Assembly (NCBI GenBank): GCA_963796275.1
Contig: CAWCKY010000006.1
Location: forward strand, 2,208,001-2,272,000
DNA length: 64,000 nt
Direction of reading: 5' to 3'
DNA from: an uncultured Acidobacteriota bacterium
Lineage (GTDB): Bacteria; Acidobacteriota; Blastocatellia; RBC074
Under the pieces are notes generated by a model. The model ran no database searches. It had not been told where the DNA came from and was given only the letters and a program-made list of their open reading frames with translations. This document shows, piece by piece, positions 28,262 through 39,414 of this stretch (position 1 is the first letter of the stretch; every line of letters begins with the position of its first letter). The position numbers were made by a program, and so were the translations under genes.

Positions 28262-29227
28262 ATGTACCGATTATCATTGTATCTTATCGCCATTTCAGTT
28301 CTGCCATTTCTGTGCGCCTACGGTGGCGGTTTCACGCAGCAACCAGGCAAAATGAAAATCATCCTCGATACGGACATCGGCGATGACATTGACGATGCAT
28401 GGGCGCTTGCTTTCCTTATATCGCATCAGAATTTCCAGCCGCTGGGCGTGACGATCACCCACGGCAACACGCCCGCGCGCATGAAGATTGCCTGTAAACT
28501 GTTACATATCACCGGGCGCAGCGACATCCCCGTCGCGGTCGGGCGAAAGACCAGTGACGGGTATTTTCAACAATACACCTGGGCCGAGGACTTCACGACC
28601 AAACCGCCGATCGCACAGCCAGCAGCCGAATTTATCGTCGAGCAGGTTAAAAAATATCCCGGAGAAGTGACGATTCTCGCTGTCGGTCCCCTGCAAAATC
28701 TTGCCGACGCTTTAAGAAAGGAGCCCAACCTGCCCAAACTGGTCAAGCGGGTAGTTTTGATGAGCGGCTGCGTTCACGGCACGGCGGATAAGCCGGGCTC
28801 CCCGATACGCGAATGGAACGTCTATCAATCTACGGTCGATTCGCAACTCGTCTATGGCGCAGGCCTCCCGCTGACAATCGTGCCGCTCGATTCGACGACC
28901 CACGTCAAACTGACCGACGAAGAGCGGAAGCAGGTGAGCGAGTATCGCTCGCCGCTCACTTACGCGCTCGAATGCCTCTACCGATTGTGGCTACCCGGAC
29001 CTGCCGCACGCATGACATTGCACGACCAACTCGCCGTCGCTGAATCCGCCTCCCCGGGCAGATTCTTCAATCGGCTCGAAACGGTGCCCCTCTTCGTCGA
29101 CGACCAGGGATTCACCCGCATCGACCCCGAGCGCGGAAAGCCCGTGATAGTATGCTTGGAACCGAAGCGTGACGAATTTATGAAGTATTACATCGGGCAG
29201 TTAATCAGCCAGAAACTCGGCATGTGA
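28262..29227 (+). CDS. Inosine/uridine-preferring nucleoside hydrolase, probably exported
   Basis: DTDIGDDIDD, GPLQNLA, EWN, LHD motifs and a hydrophobic leader. Confidence 0.9.
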   Translation: MYRLSLYLIAISVLPFLCAYGGGFTQQPGKMKIILDTDIGDDIDDAWALAFLISHQNFQPLGVTITHGNTPARMKIACKLLHITGRSDIPVAVGRKTSDGYFQQYTWAEDFTTKPPIAQPAAEFIVEQVKKYPGEVTILAVGPLQNLADALRKEPNLPKLVKRVVLMSGCVHGTADKPGSPIREWNVYQSTVDSQLVYGAGLPLTIVPLDSTTHVKLTDEERKQVSEYRSPLTYALECLYRLWLPGPAARMTLHDQLAVAESASPGRFFNRLETVPLFVDDQGFTRIDPERGKPVIVCLEPKRDEFMKYYIGQLISQKLGM

Positions 29228-29440
29228 TATCGTTCATTCTTTATTTCGCAGCCGCGGGCGAAAGCGAGCATCCATCTTCCGAATGACGCACCGATTTTCA
29301 GAGGATGACGACAATCCGCGTTTGTAACCTATATATTGATCTGTGCGCGAGTCGAGACAACCGCGGTTCGACACATTTACGGAATTTTTCTACAATCCAT
29401 CGGCATGGCTCGAGCATCAAGACAATTGGAGGAGGGTAAG

Positions 29441-31744
29441 ATGAAGCGATTCTGTGTGGTAATGCCTGTATTTATCGTTCTGCTCGTTGTTACGCCTCTC
29501 TTTGCGCAACAACAGGCAAATCAGTCCAACGCCGATCTGCTGACCCTCGATACGGTCTTCACCTACCGCCCGCAATCACTTACAGGGATTGAGTGGCAGG
29601 CTGACGGACACAGTTATTCGACGCTGGAACCGTCGGCCACAAAAAAGGGGAGCCTCGACATCGTGCGTTACAATGCCGCGACCGGAGAAAGGAAGGTTCT
29701 GGTTCCGGCGGAGAAATTGGTACCGCAGGGCGCCTCTTCGCCGTTAGCAATCGATCAATATGAACTAAGTCAGAATGAGCAGAAGTTGCTGCTTTTCACC
29801 AACTCGGCCCGCGTCTGGCGGAGCAATACGCGCGGCGATTATTGGGTCCTCGACCTGAAAAATTGGGAACTGCGCAAACTCGGCGGCGCTGCGAAACCAT
29901 CGACGCTGATGTTCGCCAAATTCTCGCCGGACGGAACGCGCGTCGGATACGTGAGAGAAAATAATATCTACATCGAAAGCCTAACGGACGGCCGCGTCAT
30001 GCAACTGACGGCGGACGGTGCGCGCTACATCATCAACGGAACATTCGACTGGGTTTACGAGGAGGAGCTCTTCTGCCGCGACGGGTGGCGCTGGAGCCCT
30101 GACGGTGAGCAGATTGCATACTGGCAGCTCAATTCCGAAGGCGTGAAGGAGTTCAAGCTCATCAACAATACGGCTGCCCTCTACCCTGAGCTGATTACCT
30201 TCCCCTACCCGAAAGCGGGCGAGATGAATTCCGCTGCGCGCGTCGGCATCGTGAACGCGCGGGGCGGCGAAACGCGATGGTTCGAAATTCCCGGCGATCC
30301 GCGCAATCATTACCTGGTGCGAATGGAGTGGGCGGCGAATTCGGATGAGGTCATCATTCAGCAACTCAACCGGCTTCAGAATACCAACATTGTAATGCTC
30401 GGCGATAAACGCACGGGCCGGGCGCGCACGATTCTGACCGAACGGGATGAGGCGTGGGTTGACGTCGCGTGGGGTGGCATTGACTGGGACAAACGCGGGT
30501 TGGCGCGCGGGGATGTCGAGTGGCTCGACGGAGGCACAAGATTCTTATGGGTGAGCGAGCGTGATGGGTGGCGGCATATATATTCCGTGTCTCGTGACGG
30601 CATGGATGTGAAATGCATTACGCCGGGCAGTTATGATGTGATCGGCATCGAGAAAGTTATTGAAGCTAGCGGTTGGCTCTATTTTACCGCTTCGCCTGAC
30701 AACGCGACTCAGCGTTATCTTTTCCGCACGCGGCTCGATGGCGCCGGCTCGGCCGAAAAGCTTTCTCCGGCAAATAAGCCGGGCACGCACGGCTACCTCA
30801 TTTCTTCCAGCGGCGACCTGGCGATCCACACCTTTTCCACATTCACCACGCCCCCCGTGACGGAGGTCATCCGGCTGCCGCAACACGATAATGTGAGGAT
30901 GTTGATTGATAACCGAGATCTGCAAGCCCGATTGGGCAAGGTCAGACAAGGCAAGACGAAGTTCTTCCGCGTAGACACTGGCGACGGCGTGCAACTCGAC
31001 GGCTGGATGATTGAGCCGCCTGACTTCGATCCGCGGAAACGTTACCCCGTACTTTTTAATGTATATGGAGAACCCTGGGCGCAGACCGTGCTCGACGCGT
31101 GGGGTGGTACTGGATTTATGTGGCACACGATGCTGGGGCAACAGGGTTACATCGTCATGAGCGTAGACAATCGTGGCACCCCGGCTCCGCGTGGCCGCGC
31201 GTGGCGCAAGGCGATCTATCGCCGGATGGGTGTGCTGAATTCGCAGGATCAAGCCAACGCCGTCAGAGCCATCACCAAATGGCCATTCGTCGATCCGAAC
31301 CGCATCGGCATCTGGGGATGGAGCGGAGGCGGCTCATCGAGCCTCAATGCGATTTTTCGCCACCCCGATCTATATCGAATGGCGATGGCTGTCGCCCCGG
31401 TGCCCGACATCCGCTACTACGATACGATCTACCAGGAGCGATATTGCGGACTGCCGCAGGAACATCCCGATGAGTACAGACAAAGTTCACCTATCACATT
31501 TGCCGGTCAGTTGAAGGGGCATTTGCTGATCGTCCACGGCACTGGCGACGACAACGTTCACTATCAGGGGACAGAAGCTCTGATCGATGCGCTCGTAGCC
31601 GCCGGCAAGCCTTTTACTATGATGTCCTACCCGAATCGCTCGCACGGCATCTATGAAGGCCGCGGCACGACCCGCCATCTCTACGGATTGCTGACCCGCT
31701 TCCTCAATGAAAAACTTCCTCCAGGGCCGCGTGCTGAACCATGA
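29441..31744 (+). CDS. Dipeptidyl peptidase IV (S9B), secreted
   Basis: Signal peptide, DWVYEEE, GWSGGG nucleophile, HGTGDDNVH, C-terminal His (RSHGI). Confidence 0.93.
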   Translation: MKRFCVVMPVFIVLLVVTPLFAQQQANQSNADLLTLDTVFTYRPQSLTGIEWQADGHSYSTLEPSATKKGSLDIVRYNAATGERKVLVPAEKLVPQGASSPLAIDQYELSQNEQKLLLFTNSARVWRSNTRGDYWVLDLKNWELRKLGGAAKPSTLMFAKFSPDGTRVGYVRENNIYIESLTDGRVMQLTADGARYIINGTFDWVYEEELFCRDGWRWSPDGEQIAYWQLNSEGVKEFKLINNTAALYPELITFPYPKAGEMNSAARVGIVNARGGETRWFEIPGDPRNHYLVRMEWAANSDEVIIQQLNRLQNTNIVMLGDKRTGRARTILTERDEAWVDVAWGGIDWDKRGLARGDVEWLDGGTRFLWVSERDGWRHIYSVSRDGMDVKCITPGSYDVIGIEKVIEASGWLYFTASPDNATQRYLFRTRLDGAGSAEKLSPANKPGTHGYLISSSGDLAIHTFSTFTTPPVTEVIRLPQHDNVRMLIDNRDLQARLGKVRQGKTKFFRVDTGDGVQLDGWMIEPPDFDPRKRYPVLFNVYGEPWAQTVLDAWGGTGFMWHTMLGQQGYIVMSVDNRGTPAPRGRAWRKAIYRRMGVLNSQDQANAVRAITKWPFVDPNRIGIWGWSGGGSSSLNAIFRHPDLYRMAMAVAPVPDIRYYDTIYQERYCGLPQEHPDEYRQSSPITFAGQLKGHLLIVHGTGDDNVHYQGTEALIDALVAAGKPFTMMSYPNRSHGIYEGRGTTRHLYGLLTRFLNEKLPPGPRAEP

Positions 31745-34700
31745 CTAGCAAAACTACGGAAAAGTCGCCCGACCGCTGTTTCACCGAAGCTGAAGCCGAG
31801 CTATTGGCGGCGCAGTTATATGGCCTGCGCGGTCGCGCGCGCTCTTTGCCGGGAGAGTACGATCACAACTTTCATTTCAGAACGGATGATCGCACCGAGT
31901 TTGTGCTGAAAGTCATGCACCCAGACCGTGAACGCGCGCTGATTGAATTGCAATGCAAGGCGCTCGCGCATTTGGCGGAGGAATCGCCATCGCTGCTCTT
32001 TCCGCGCGTCTGTCCGACGCGGGAGGGCGAATGGATTGTGACAGTCAACGATTCGGATGAGACGGAACGGTTGGTGTGGTTGCTGAGTTACGTTCAGGGC
32101 GCTTTATTGGCAGAGGTGAGTCCTCATACACCGGAACTGCTCTTCAGCCTGGGCTCTTTCCTGGGGCAGGTAGACGCATCGCTCGCGGGCTTTTCCCATC
32201 CGGCCGCGCAGCGCGATCTGAAATGGGATCTGGCGCGCGCATTCTGGGTGAAGGAACATCTGGGCTGCATCGAGGACGAATTTCGCCGTTCGATGGTCGA
32301 AAATGTATTGCACCGCTATGAATCCGCTGTTATACCGCAATTGCCGGCGCTCAGAAAAAGCGTCATTCACAACGATGCGAACGATTACAACGTGATAGTG
32401 AGCGATGCGAAAAGCCAGTCGCGTCAGGTCGTCAGCATAATCGACTTCGGCGATATGCTGTACACCTGCACCGTATTTGAAGTGGCTATTGCGGCGGCAT
32501 ACGCGCTGCTCGACAAGCCTGATCCACTGGCGAGCGCGGCGCGGGTCGTCGCAGGCTATCATCAGGCTTATCCTCTCGCCGAGAACGAAATTGCCCTGCT
32601 CTACGATTTGATCTGTGCGCGTCTTATGGTCAGCGTCGTCAATTCGGCGCGGCGCAAACATCTGCATCCCGATGACCCTTACATCATCATCAGCGAACGT
32701 CCGGCGTGGGATGCGCTCGCGCAGCTCACCCAGATTCATCCGCGTTTTGCCCACTACACTTTTCGCCAGTCATGCGCCTTAGCGCCTGTGCCGCATAGCG
32801 AACGCCTCGCCGATTGGCTGCACCAGCACGCGTCACAGTTCGTCTCCGTGTTGGATGAGGACTTGCGCACCGCGCCTAGTCTTGTTTTCGATTTGAGCGT
32901 GGGCAGCTTGTTTCTCAGCGCCGATCCGGCGGCATTCGAAAGAGACACCTTGACCGAGAAAATCTGGCGAGAGATGGAGCGAGCGGGCGTGACCGTTGGC
33001 GTTGGCCGCTATGATGAAGCGCGGTCTGTCTATACCACGCCCGCATTCGCTCCCGGAGAGCGCGTTCATCCGACTTCCGAACATCGCACGATTCATCTGG
33101 GCGTGGATTTATTTGTCGAAGCGGATAGATCGGTATATGCGCCGCTGGATGGAGTGGTGTATTGCCTCGCCAACAACGAGGCGCGACTGGATTATGGCCC
33201 GCTTTTGATTCTACGACACCAGACAACGGATGGTCAGGAGTTTTTCACGCTCTATGGACATCTGAGCGCGGAACATCTGAGCGTGTTGCGGGTAGGGCAA
33301 TCCATCAAGCGCGGCCAACGCATCGCCGGCGTCGGCGCGCCTCCCGCAAATGGCGATTGGACGCCGCATCTGCATTTCCAGATTATCCTCGATCTTCTCG
33401 AACTTAACCGCGATTTCCCCGGCGTCGCGTACGCCAGCCAGCGCGAAATATGGAAGGGCTTGTCGCCCGATCCGAACCTGATTCTCGGCATCCCTGCCAA
33501 TCGTTTCCCGCATCCCGAACGATCAAAGGCTGAAACTCTCGTCGCGCGGCGGGTACATATCGGGCATAACTTGAGCCTTTCGTATCGCGAGCCGTTGAAG
33601 ATCGTGCGAGGCTGGCGCCAGTATTTATACGACGAAACCGGGCGCGCGTATTTGGATGTGTACAATAACGTGCCGCTCGTGGGTCACAGCCACCCGCGCG
33701 TTGTTCGAGCGGTCCAGCAACAATTGGCGCTGCTCAATACAAACACGCGCTACCTGCACGACAATATCGCGCGCTATGCCGAAGAGTTGACTGCGTTGAT
33801 GCCCGAACCGCTGAAGGTTTGCTACTTCCTCAATTCGGCCAGCGAGGCGAATGAACTCGCTTTACGCCTCGCGCGCGAGCACACGAAGCGGTATGACATC
33901 ATCGTGCTGGACGCAGCGTATCACGGACATACCAATGCGCTCATCGACATCAGTCCTTACAAATTCAACGGTCCTGGAGGGACGGGGAAAAAAGATTGGG
34001 TTCACATCGCACCGGTACCCGACGATTATCGCGGCGCATACAAACGCGGCGACTCCGAAGCCGGGAGCAAATACGCGCAGCAGATCGCTCGAATCATCGC
34101 GGAGTTGCCGAATGGCTTCGCGGCTTACATCGCCGAATCTTCGCCAAGCGTCGGCGGGCAGATTATTTTTCCGCCGGGTTACTTATCGGAAGTATATCAA
34201 CACATAAGAAATGCCGGCGGCGTCTGCATCGCCGATGAAGTGCAAGTAGGATTCGGCCGATTAGGCACCCATCTTTGGGGGTTCGAGACGCAAGGCGCCG
34301 TGCCCGATATCGTCGTACTCGGCAAACCCATCGGCAATGCATTCCCATTGGCTGCCGTCGTCACGACGCCGGAAATCGCTGCTTCGTTCGATAATGGCAT
34401 GGAATTCTTCAGCACCTTCGGCGGCAACCCCGTAGCGTGTGCGGCCGGCCTGGCAGTGCTGGATGTTTTACGCCAGGAAAGCTTGCAGGAGAACGCGCTG
34501 CACGTCGGCCATCATTGGCTGAACGGTTTGCGCGAATTGATGGATAAGCATCGCCTGATCGGCGATGTTCGCGGCTCGGGCCTGTTTCTCGGCATTGAAT
34601 TGGTGCGGGATCGCATGACACTTGAGCCGGCTGATACGGAAGCATCATATCTCGTCAATCGGCTGTGCGAATTCGCCATTTTAGCCGGGACCGACGGGCC

Positions 34701-34809
34701 GCATCACAACGTCATTAAGCTGCGCCCCCCGCTCGTATTTGCGCGAGACGATGCGGATTTCTTTATTACAACGTTAGATCGTATTTTCCACGAAGATGCT
34801 TTACGTTGA
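31741..34809 (+). CDS. Fusion of APH/hydroxylysine-kinase-like, M23-peptidase-like and class III PLP aminotransferase/phospho-lyase domains
   Basis: IHNDANDYN and IIDFGD; HLGVD, LYGHL and PHLHFQ; [18 protein letters not shown] and STFGGNP. Confidence 0.9.
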   Translation: MTSKTTEKSPDRCFTEAEAELLAAQLYGLRGRARSLPGEYDHNFHFRTDDRTEFVLKVMHPDRERALIELQCKALAHLAEESPSLLFPRVCPTREGEWIVTVNDSDETERLVWLLSYVQGALLAEVSPHTPELLFSLGSFLGQVDASLAGFSHPAAQRDLKWDLARAFWVKEHLGCIEDEFRRSMVENVLHRYESAVIPQLPALRKSVIHNDANDYNVIVSDAKSQSRQVVSIIDFGDMLYTCTVFEVAIAAAYALLDKPDPLASAARVVAGYHQAYPLAENEIALLYDLICARLMVSVVNSARRKHLHPDDPYIIISERPAWDALAQLTQIHPRFAHYTFRQSCALAPVPHSERLADWLHQHASQFVSVLDEDLRTAPSLVFDLSVGSLFLSADPAAFERDTLTEKIWREMERAGVTVGVGRYDEARSVYTTPAFAPGERVHPTSEHRTIHLGVDLFVEADRSVYAPLDGVVYCLANNEARLDYGPLLILRHQTTDGQEFFTLYGHLSAEHLSVLRVGQSIKRGQRIAGVGAPPANGDWTPHLHFQIILDLLELNRDFPGVAYASQREIWKGLSPDPNLILGIPANRFPHPERSKAETLVARRVHIGHNLSLSYREPLKIVRGWRQYLYDETGRAYLDVYNNVPLVGHSHPRVVRAVQQQLALLNTNTRYLHDNIARYAEELTALMPEPLKVCYFLNSASEANELALRLAREHTKRYDIIVLDAAYHGHTNALIDISPYKFNGPGGTGKKDWVHIAPVPDDYRGAYKRGDSEAGSKYAQQIARIIAELPNGFAAYIAESSPSVGGQIIFPPGYLSEVYQHIRNAGGVCIADEVQVGFGRLGTHLWGFETQGAVPDIVVLGKPIGNAFPLAAVVTTPEIAASFDNGMEFFSTFGGNPVACAAGLAVLDVLRQESLQENALHVGHHWLNGLRELMDKHRLIGDVRGSGLFLGIELVRDRMTLEPADTEASYLVNRLCEFAILAGTDGPHHNVIKLRPPLVFARDDADFFITTLDRIFHEDALR

Positions 34810-34952
34810 CACTCCTACCGCTAGAAGCGGCGGGAGTCTTGCTTCTCGATGCCAACTGCTTCCTCGCCGGTAGTCTGGCACTGGCTCCACAACCTAAACA
34901 ATCAGTTGTTTGGCCACATCACTAACAAGTACCTTGCGAGCGGCGGGGTATC
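34806..34952 (-). mobile_element. Orphan IS200/IS605-type right end with TnpB omegaRNA-like scaffold, no ORF
   Basis: Minus strand ..TGTGGAG..CAGAC..GCAGT..GAAGCAAGACTCCCGCCGCTTCTAGCGGTAGGAGTGTCAA: a subterminal hairpin plus a terminal TCAA tetramer. Confidence 0.65.
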
Positions 34953-35006
34953 CAATAACATGATACATGAAGGAGGTCACTGAGCCTATTTTTCATTCGG
35001 CTCAGG

Positions 35007-35103
35007 TCCGGCGCCCCTGCCGGGGAGAAATGCAATAACTATGGTCGGCCCGGTGGTTACGCTACGCTTCACCACCAGCTGCCTTCCGCTGCGCCTCCGG
35101 CGC
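35007..35103. repeat. REP-like element (GCGCCCCTGCCGGGG...CCGGTGGTTACGCTACGCTTCACCACC...GCGCCTCCGGCGC)
   Basis: Cluster of short GC-rich palindromes. Confidence 0.55.
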
Positions 35104-35305
35104 AAATTCAAAAGTTTGATGGCAAGCGATGAGCAGGGGCTTTCTTTGTGATGATGCGTTTGCCCTGTGATCCGATGCTATCGAGAGCGTCTTCCTACAA
35201 TGCCTGGTCGTGGCGGCGGGGCTGGAGGTGCCAAATAAAATTGGAACACCCTGATGTTTCACCACTCATTGAGTTGGGCACTCAAATACTGCAACAGAAG
35301 TCGTT

Positions 35306-35617
35306 TTACGCTGCCAGAGGGAGAAAAATTTGTTCGGGAGTCGCCGGCAACGTCGACAGTAACACCCGATTATCTTCTGCCGGTGAATTGGGTGCACCCT
35401 CTATCGAATGAATGAATGTCGCCATGTCATCAGCTGTCTTCAGCCGGCCTTCATCATATGCTTGCCAAAAGAGCCCTATCGTTTCGTTAGCGCTGAGTTC
35501 GTCTTTGTGTGTACTGAGAAATGTCATATCGTCTCTGTCCAAACTGACACACGTTCGATAGAGTCCTGTCGCATATTGCTTGATGACAACTGCAATTACC
35601 TGATTTCGACGAGCCAT
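35306..35617 (-). CDS. Hypothetical protein
   Basis: AAGGAG RBS and ATG, 103 aa, no recognised family. Confidence 0.6.
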   Translation of the reverse strand: MARRNQVIAVVIKQYATGLYRTCVSLDRDDMTFLSTHKDELSANETIGLFWQAYDEGRLKTADDMATFIHSIEGAPNSPAEDNRVLLSTLPATPEQIFLPLAA

Positions 35618-36055
35618 ATTATTTCACTCCTTTTCAGTTTTTTTGTTTAGCAAATGCCTGCAGCTGCACAGAGCTGCGCCTCGACTGTTCGTACCTGATC
35701 CGTACTTGAACTGAGTCTAAGAGATTATTTTGAATTTCTATTTACTGTGGTGCTCCCGGTATTGGACCAAAGTATGTTTTTTCGATTTAGCGATACCGAT
35801 TGCAACATCAATTGCTATTTTCGGTATTATTACTCGACAGCCGAAAATATACCGAAAAGACGGAAATGGCGCAAGAAAAAAATGAGTTTTTATGCCATTA
35901 GGTGGCGTCAATGATGTTGTCGAGGTTGTACCGACCTGGGGGAATCACACCTTGACGTCGAACGGCGTGAAGCAGATTATGCTTCCCATCGACATCGTCA
36001 CCGGTATACATACAGTACCTCCTCGACGTATCGTGAAAATATAGGGAAAAATGCG

Positions 36056-37600
36056 ATGGCAAGAATCTTCGGTCTTTGTTGTTGTTTATTGTTTTTGGGT
36101 CTTACCGCCTCGACGCGTACCCTCAATAACAAGGTGCGGGTTGAGAGCGGTTTGCTCGAAGGCGCTCCCAGCTCGGTTGCCGGAGTGCAGGTCTACAAAG
36201 GCATTCCATTCGCCGCGCCGCCGGTCGGCGACCTGCGGTGGCGTTCGCCGCAGCCGCCTGCGAAGTGGGAAGGCGTGCGCAAGGCCGACAAGTTCTCGGA
36301 CAGTTGCGTGCAGAACCTCGCCCGGTCGCGCAACCCGTGGACGGCTGAATTTATGGTGCAGAATCAGGCCAGCGAAGACTGTCTCTGCTTGAATGTGTGG
36401 ACGGCGGCGAAAACAGAGAGCGAGCGGCGGCCCGTCTTCGTCTGGATACACGGCGGCGCCTTCGCGGAAGGTTCGGGGGAAGTTGCGGTTTATGACGGTG
36501 CGGAGTTGGCGAAAAAAGGATTGATCGTCGTCACGATCAACTACCGCCTCGGCGTCTTCGGTTTCTTAACGCATCCGGAACTGACCAAAGAATCGAGCCG
36601 GAACGCATCGGGCAATTACGGCCTGCTCGATGCGGTGGCGGCGCTGCAATGGGTGCAGAAGAACATCGCTGCCTTCGGCGGCGACCCGCAGCGCGTAACC
36701 ATAGCCGGGCAATCGGCGGGCGCCTCAGCGGTCCATGGGCTGACTGTGTCGCCGCTGGCCAAAGGGTTGTTTCATCGCGCGATCGCCGAAAGTGGCTCCG
36801 GTACCGGTCGACGGTACCGCAAACTGGCCGATGCGGAAAAAGATGGCGTGAAGTTTGCAGAATCGAAGAGCGCGCCATCGATCCGGGAATTGCGCGCAAT
36901 GGCGGCCGAGGATCTGACCGGCGGCGGGATGCGCTTCGGACCAGTAGTCGACGGTTGGTTCCTGCCGGCCGAAGCCGCCGCGATCTTCGCCGGCGGCAAA
37001 CAGAATGACGTGCCGATTCTGACCGGGCTGACCGCCGATGAAGGTAGCGCCTCGACGACTTACGGCAAGCTCGAAGCAGACGAATTCAAGAAACAGGTGC
37101 AAGAACGGTTTGGCGATCTGGCCGATGAGTTCATGAAGTTGTATCCCTCCGATAATGACGTGCAATCCGGCCAATCACAGAAACAGAGCGCGCGCGAGCA
37201 GGGGATGATCTCGATGCGCCTCTGGGCCGCCGAGCGCTCGCGCACGAGCAAAGCGAAGGCCTGGACGTATTACTTCTCGCGCGCCACCCCATGGCCGGAG
37301 CATCCTCAGTACGGCGCTTTTCACACGTCCGAAGTGCCTTACGTCTTCGGCAATTTCAGACTCCTGGACCGCCCTTGGGAGCCGATCGATCGCCAGCTCT
37401 CGGCAACCATGATGTCATACTGGGTGAACTTTGCGACGACGGGTGATCCCAACGGTAAGGGTCTTCCGCATTGGCCAGACTTCGATACGAAGGACCACGT
37501 TACCCTGGAACTCGGCGAGAAGACGGGAACGCGTTCCATTGCGGATACGGCGCGCCTTAAGTTTTTTGAAAAGTATTATGCCGGGCAACCAACTCAATAG
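36056..37600 (+). CDS. Type-B carboxylesterase, secreted
   Basis: GIPFAAPP.GDLRW, SEDCL, HGG, GQSAG, catalytic E and H (FHTSE). Confidence 0.93.
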   Translation: MARIFGLCCCLLFLGLTASTRTLNNKVRVESGLLEGAPSSVAGVQVYKGIPFAAPPVGDLRWRSPQPPAKWEGVRKADKFSDSCVQNLARSRNPWTAEFMVQNQASEDCLCLNVWTAAKTESERRPVFVWIHGGAFAEGSGEVAVYDGAELAKKGLIVVTINYRLGVFGFLTHPELTKESSRNASGNYGLLDAVAALQWVQKNIAAFGGDPQRVTIAGQSAGASAVHGLTVSPLAKGLFHRAIAESGSGTGRRYRKLADAEKDGVKFAESKSAPSIRELRAMAAEDLTGGGMRFGPVVDGWFLPAEAAAIFAGGKQNDVPILTGLTADEGSASTTYGKLEADEFKKQVQERFGDLADEFMKLYPSDNDVQSGQSQKQSAREQGMISMRLWAAERSRTSKAKAWTYYFSRATPWPEHPQYGAFHTSEVPYVFGNFRLLDRPWEPIDRQLSATMMSYWVNFATTGDPNGKGLPHWPDFDTKDHVTLELGEKTGTRSIADTARLKFFEKYYAGQPTQ

Positions 37601-37655
37601 ATGTAATCCGATCGGTTCATTCGCATTCGTATAACAGCGAAAAGGAAGTGTTCAT

Positions 37656-39266
37656 ATGAATAATCGAATCTTTACTCTGGCCATTTTGCTCGCACTCGCT
37701 CTAACCGCGGGGGCGCTCGCACAGGATCGCGTCAAGATCGCAAACGGCACGCTCGAAGGCGTTTCGGATAAAAGTACCGGCGTGCGCAGCTTTAAGGGCA
37801 TTCCATTCGGCGAGCCGCCCATCGGAAATTTGCGCTGGAAGCCACCGCAACCGGTCAAAAACTGGCAGGGTGTGCGGAATGCCGGCCAATTCGGACCGCG
37901 CTGTATGCAGCGTTCCATCTTCGGCGATATGAACTTTCGTTCAGATGGGATGAGCGAAGACTGTCTTTATTTGAATGTCTGGACTCCCGCCAAATCGGCC
38001 AATCAGAAGCTGCCGGTCCTGGTCTATTTCTTCGGCGGCGGGTTTGTGGCGGGCGACGGTTCGGAGGGCCGCTACGACGGCGAGAGCATGGCGAAGAAGG
38101 GTATCGTGGCGATCACCGTCAATTACCGGCTGGGCGTGTTCGGTTTCATGGCGCATCCCGAGCTGACGAAAGAGTCGCCGCAGCGGGCATCCGGCAATTA
38201 CGGCCTGTTTGATCAGCACGTGGCGCTCAAGTGGGTACAACAGAACATCGCGGCCTTCGGCGGTGATCCGAAGCGCGTGACGATTGCGGGCGAGTCCGCC
38301 GGATCCATCGCTGTCAGCGCGCAGATGGCTTCGCCTCTATCGAAAAACCTGATCGCGGGCGCGATCGGTGAGAGCGGCTCGATCCTCGGCGCCCTTTCGG
38401 CCATCCCGCTGGCGCAAGCCGAGGAGGCCGGCATCAAGTTCGCATCCAGTCTCGCCGAGGGGGCCTCATTAAGCGAACTTCGTGCGATGAGCGCCGAACG
38501 ATTGCTCGAAGCCACGGCGAAACCGGGCCAACCCCGGTTCACCCCGACCGCAGATGGCTACTTTTTCCCGAAATCTCCCTTCGATATTTACGCCGCTGGC
38601 GAACAGGCGCACGTTCCGCTTCTGGCGGGAGTGAACTCCGAAGAGATGGGCTATTTCGCAGTGATGGGGCGAGAGAAACCGACGGTCGAAAACTACCGGA
38701 AGGCGCTCGAACGGCTCTATCCGGGCAAGAGCGAAGAGGTTTTCCAACTCTATCCTGCCTCGAACGAAACCGAAGTGATGGATTCCGCTCAGGATTTGGC
38801 GAGCGACCGCTTCATCAGCTACAGCACGTGGAAGTGGGTGGACGTGGCGACGAAGACGGGCGGAAAGCCGACCTACTATTATCTTTACGCCCGTCCCCGT
38901 CCGGCGATGAGACCGGAGATGGGCGACGCCCAGCCAGGTCTCGCGGGCGGAGTTGTGCGAGGAGCGGCCAATCCGCGGCCCCAGCCGCGTGGGGCTGTTC
39001 ACTCGGCTGAGATCGAGTACGCGATGGGCAACCTCGATTTGAACAAGGTCTATGCCTGGACGCCCGATGATTACAAAGTCTCGCAAGTCACGCAGGAATA
39101 TTTCGCCAACTTCATCAAAAGCGGGAATCCGAACGGCAAGGGGTTACCGAACTGGCCGAAGTTCGGTGAGGGACAGCGAATCGTCATCGACGTGAATACT
39201 CGCGCCCAAGCCGATAAGGCGCGAGCGCGTTATGAATTCCTCGATCAGTTCTATATCAAAAAGTAA
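37656..39266 (+). CDS. Type-B carboxylesterase, secreted (tandem paralog)
   Basis: SEDCLYLNVW, GESAG, NSEE, VHSAE. Confidence 0.93.
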   Translation: MNNRIFTLAILLALALTAGALAQDRVKIANGTLEGVSDKSTGVRSFKGIPFGEPPIGNLRWKPPQPVKNWQGVRNAGQFGPRCMQRSIFGDMNFRSDGMSEDCLYLNVWTPAKSANQKLPVLVYFFGGGFVAGDGSEGRYDGESMAKKGIVAITVNYRLGVFGFMAHPELTKESPQRASGNYGLFDQHVALKWVQQNIAAFGGDPKRVTIAGESAGSIAVSAQMASPLSKNLIAGAIGESGSILGALSAIPLAQAEEAGIKFASSLAEGASLSELRAMSAERLLEATAKPGQPRFTPTADGYFFPKSPFDIYAAGEQAHVPLLAGVNSEEMGYFAVMGREKPTVENYRKALERLYPGKSEEVFQLYPASNETEVMDSAQDLASDRFISYSTWKWVDVATKTGGKPTYYYLYARPRPAMRPEMGDAQPGLAGGVVRGAANPRPQPRGAVHSAEIEYAMGNLDLNKVYAWTPDDYKVSQVTQEYFANFIKSGNPNGKGLPNWPKFGEGQRIVIDVNTRAQADKARARYEFLDQFYIKK

Positions 39267-39414
39267 CTTTGCATCGGTCCCGCGACAATACTGAGCGTGG
39301 CCCACTGGAACGAAGCGTACCACTGTCATTTCGAAGTAGATGCCTTTCTTTCCCCGTAAATCCGCGAGATCGTCACTCGCGATCACATGTTAGGAGATTG
39401 AGGAGCGGGTAGAG

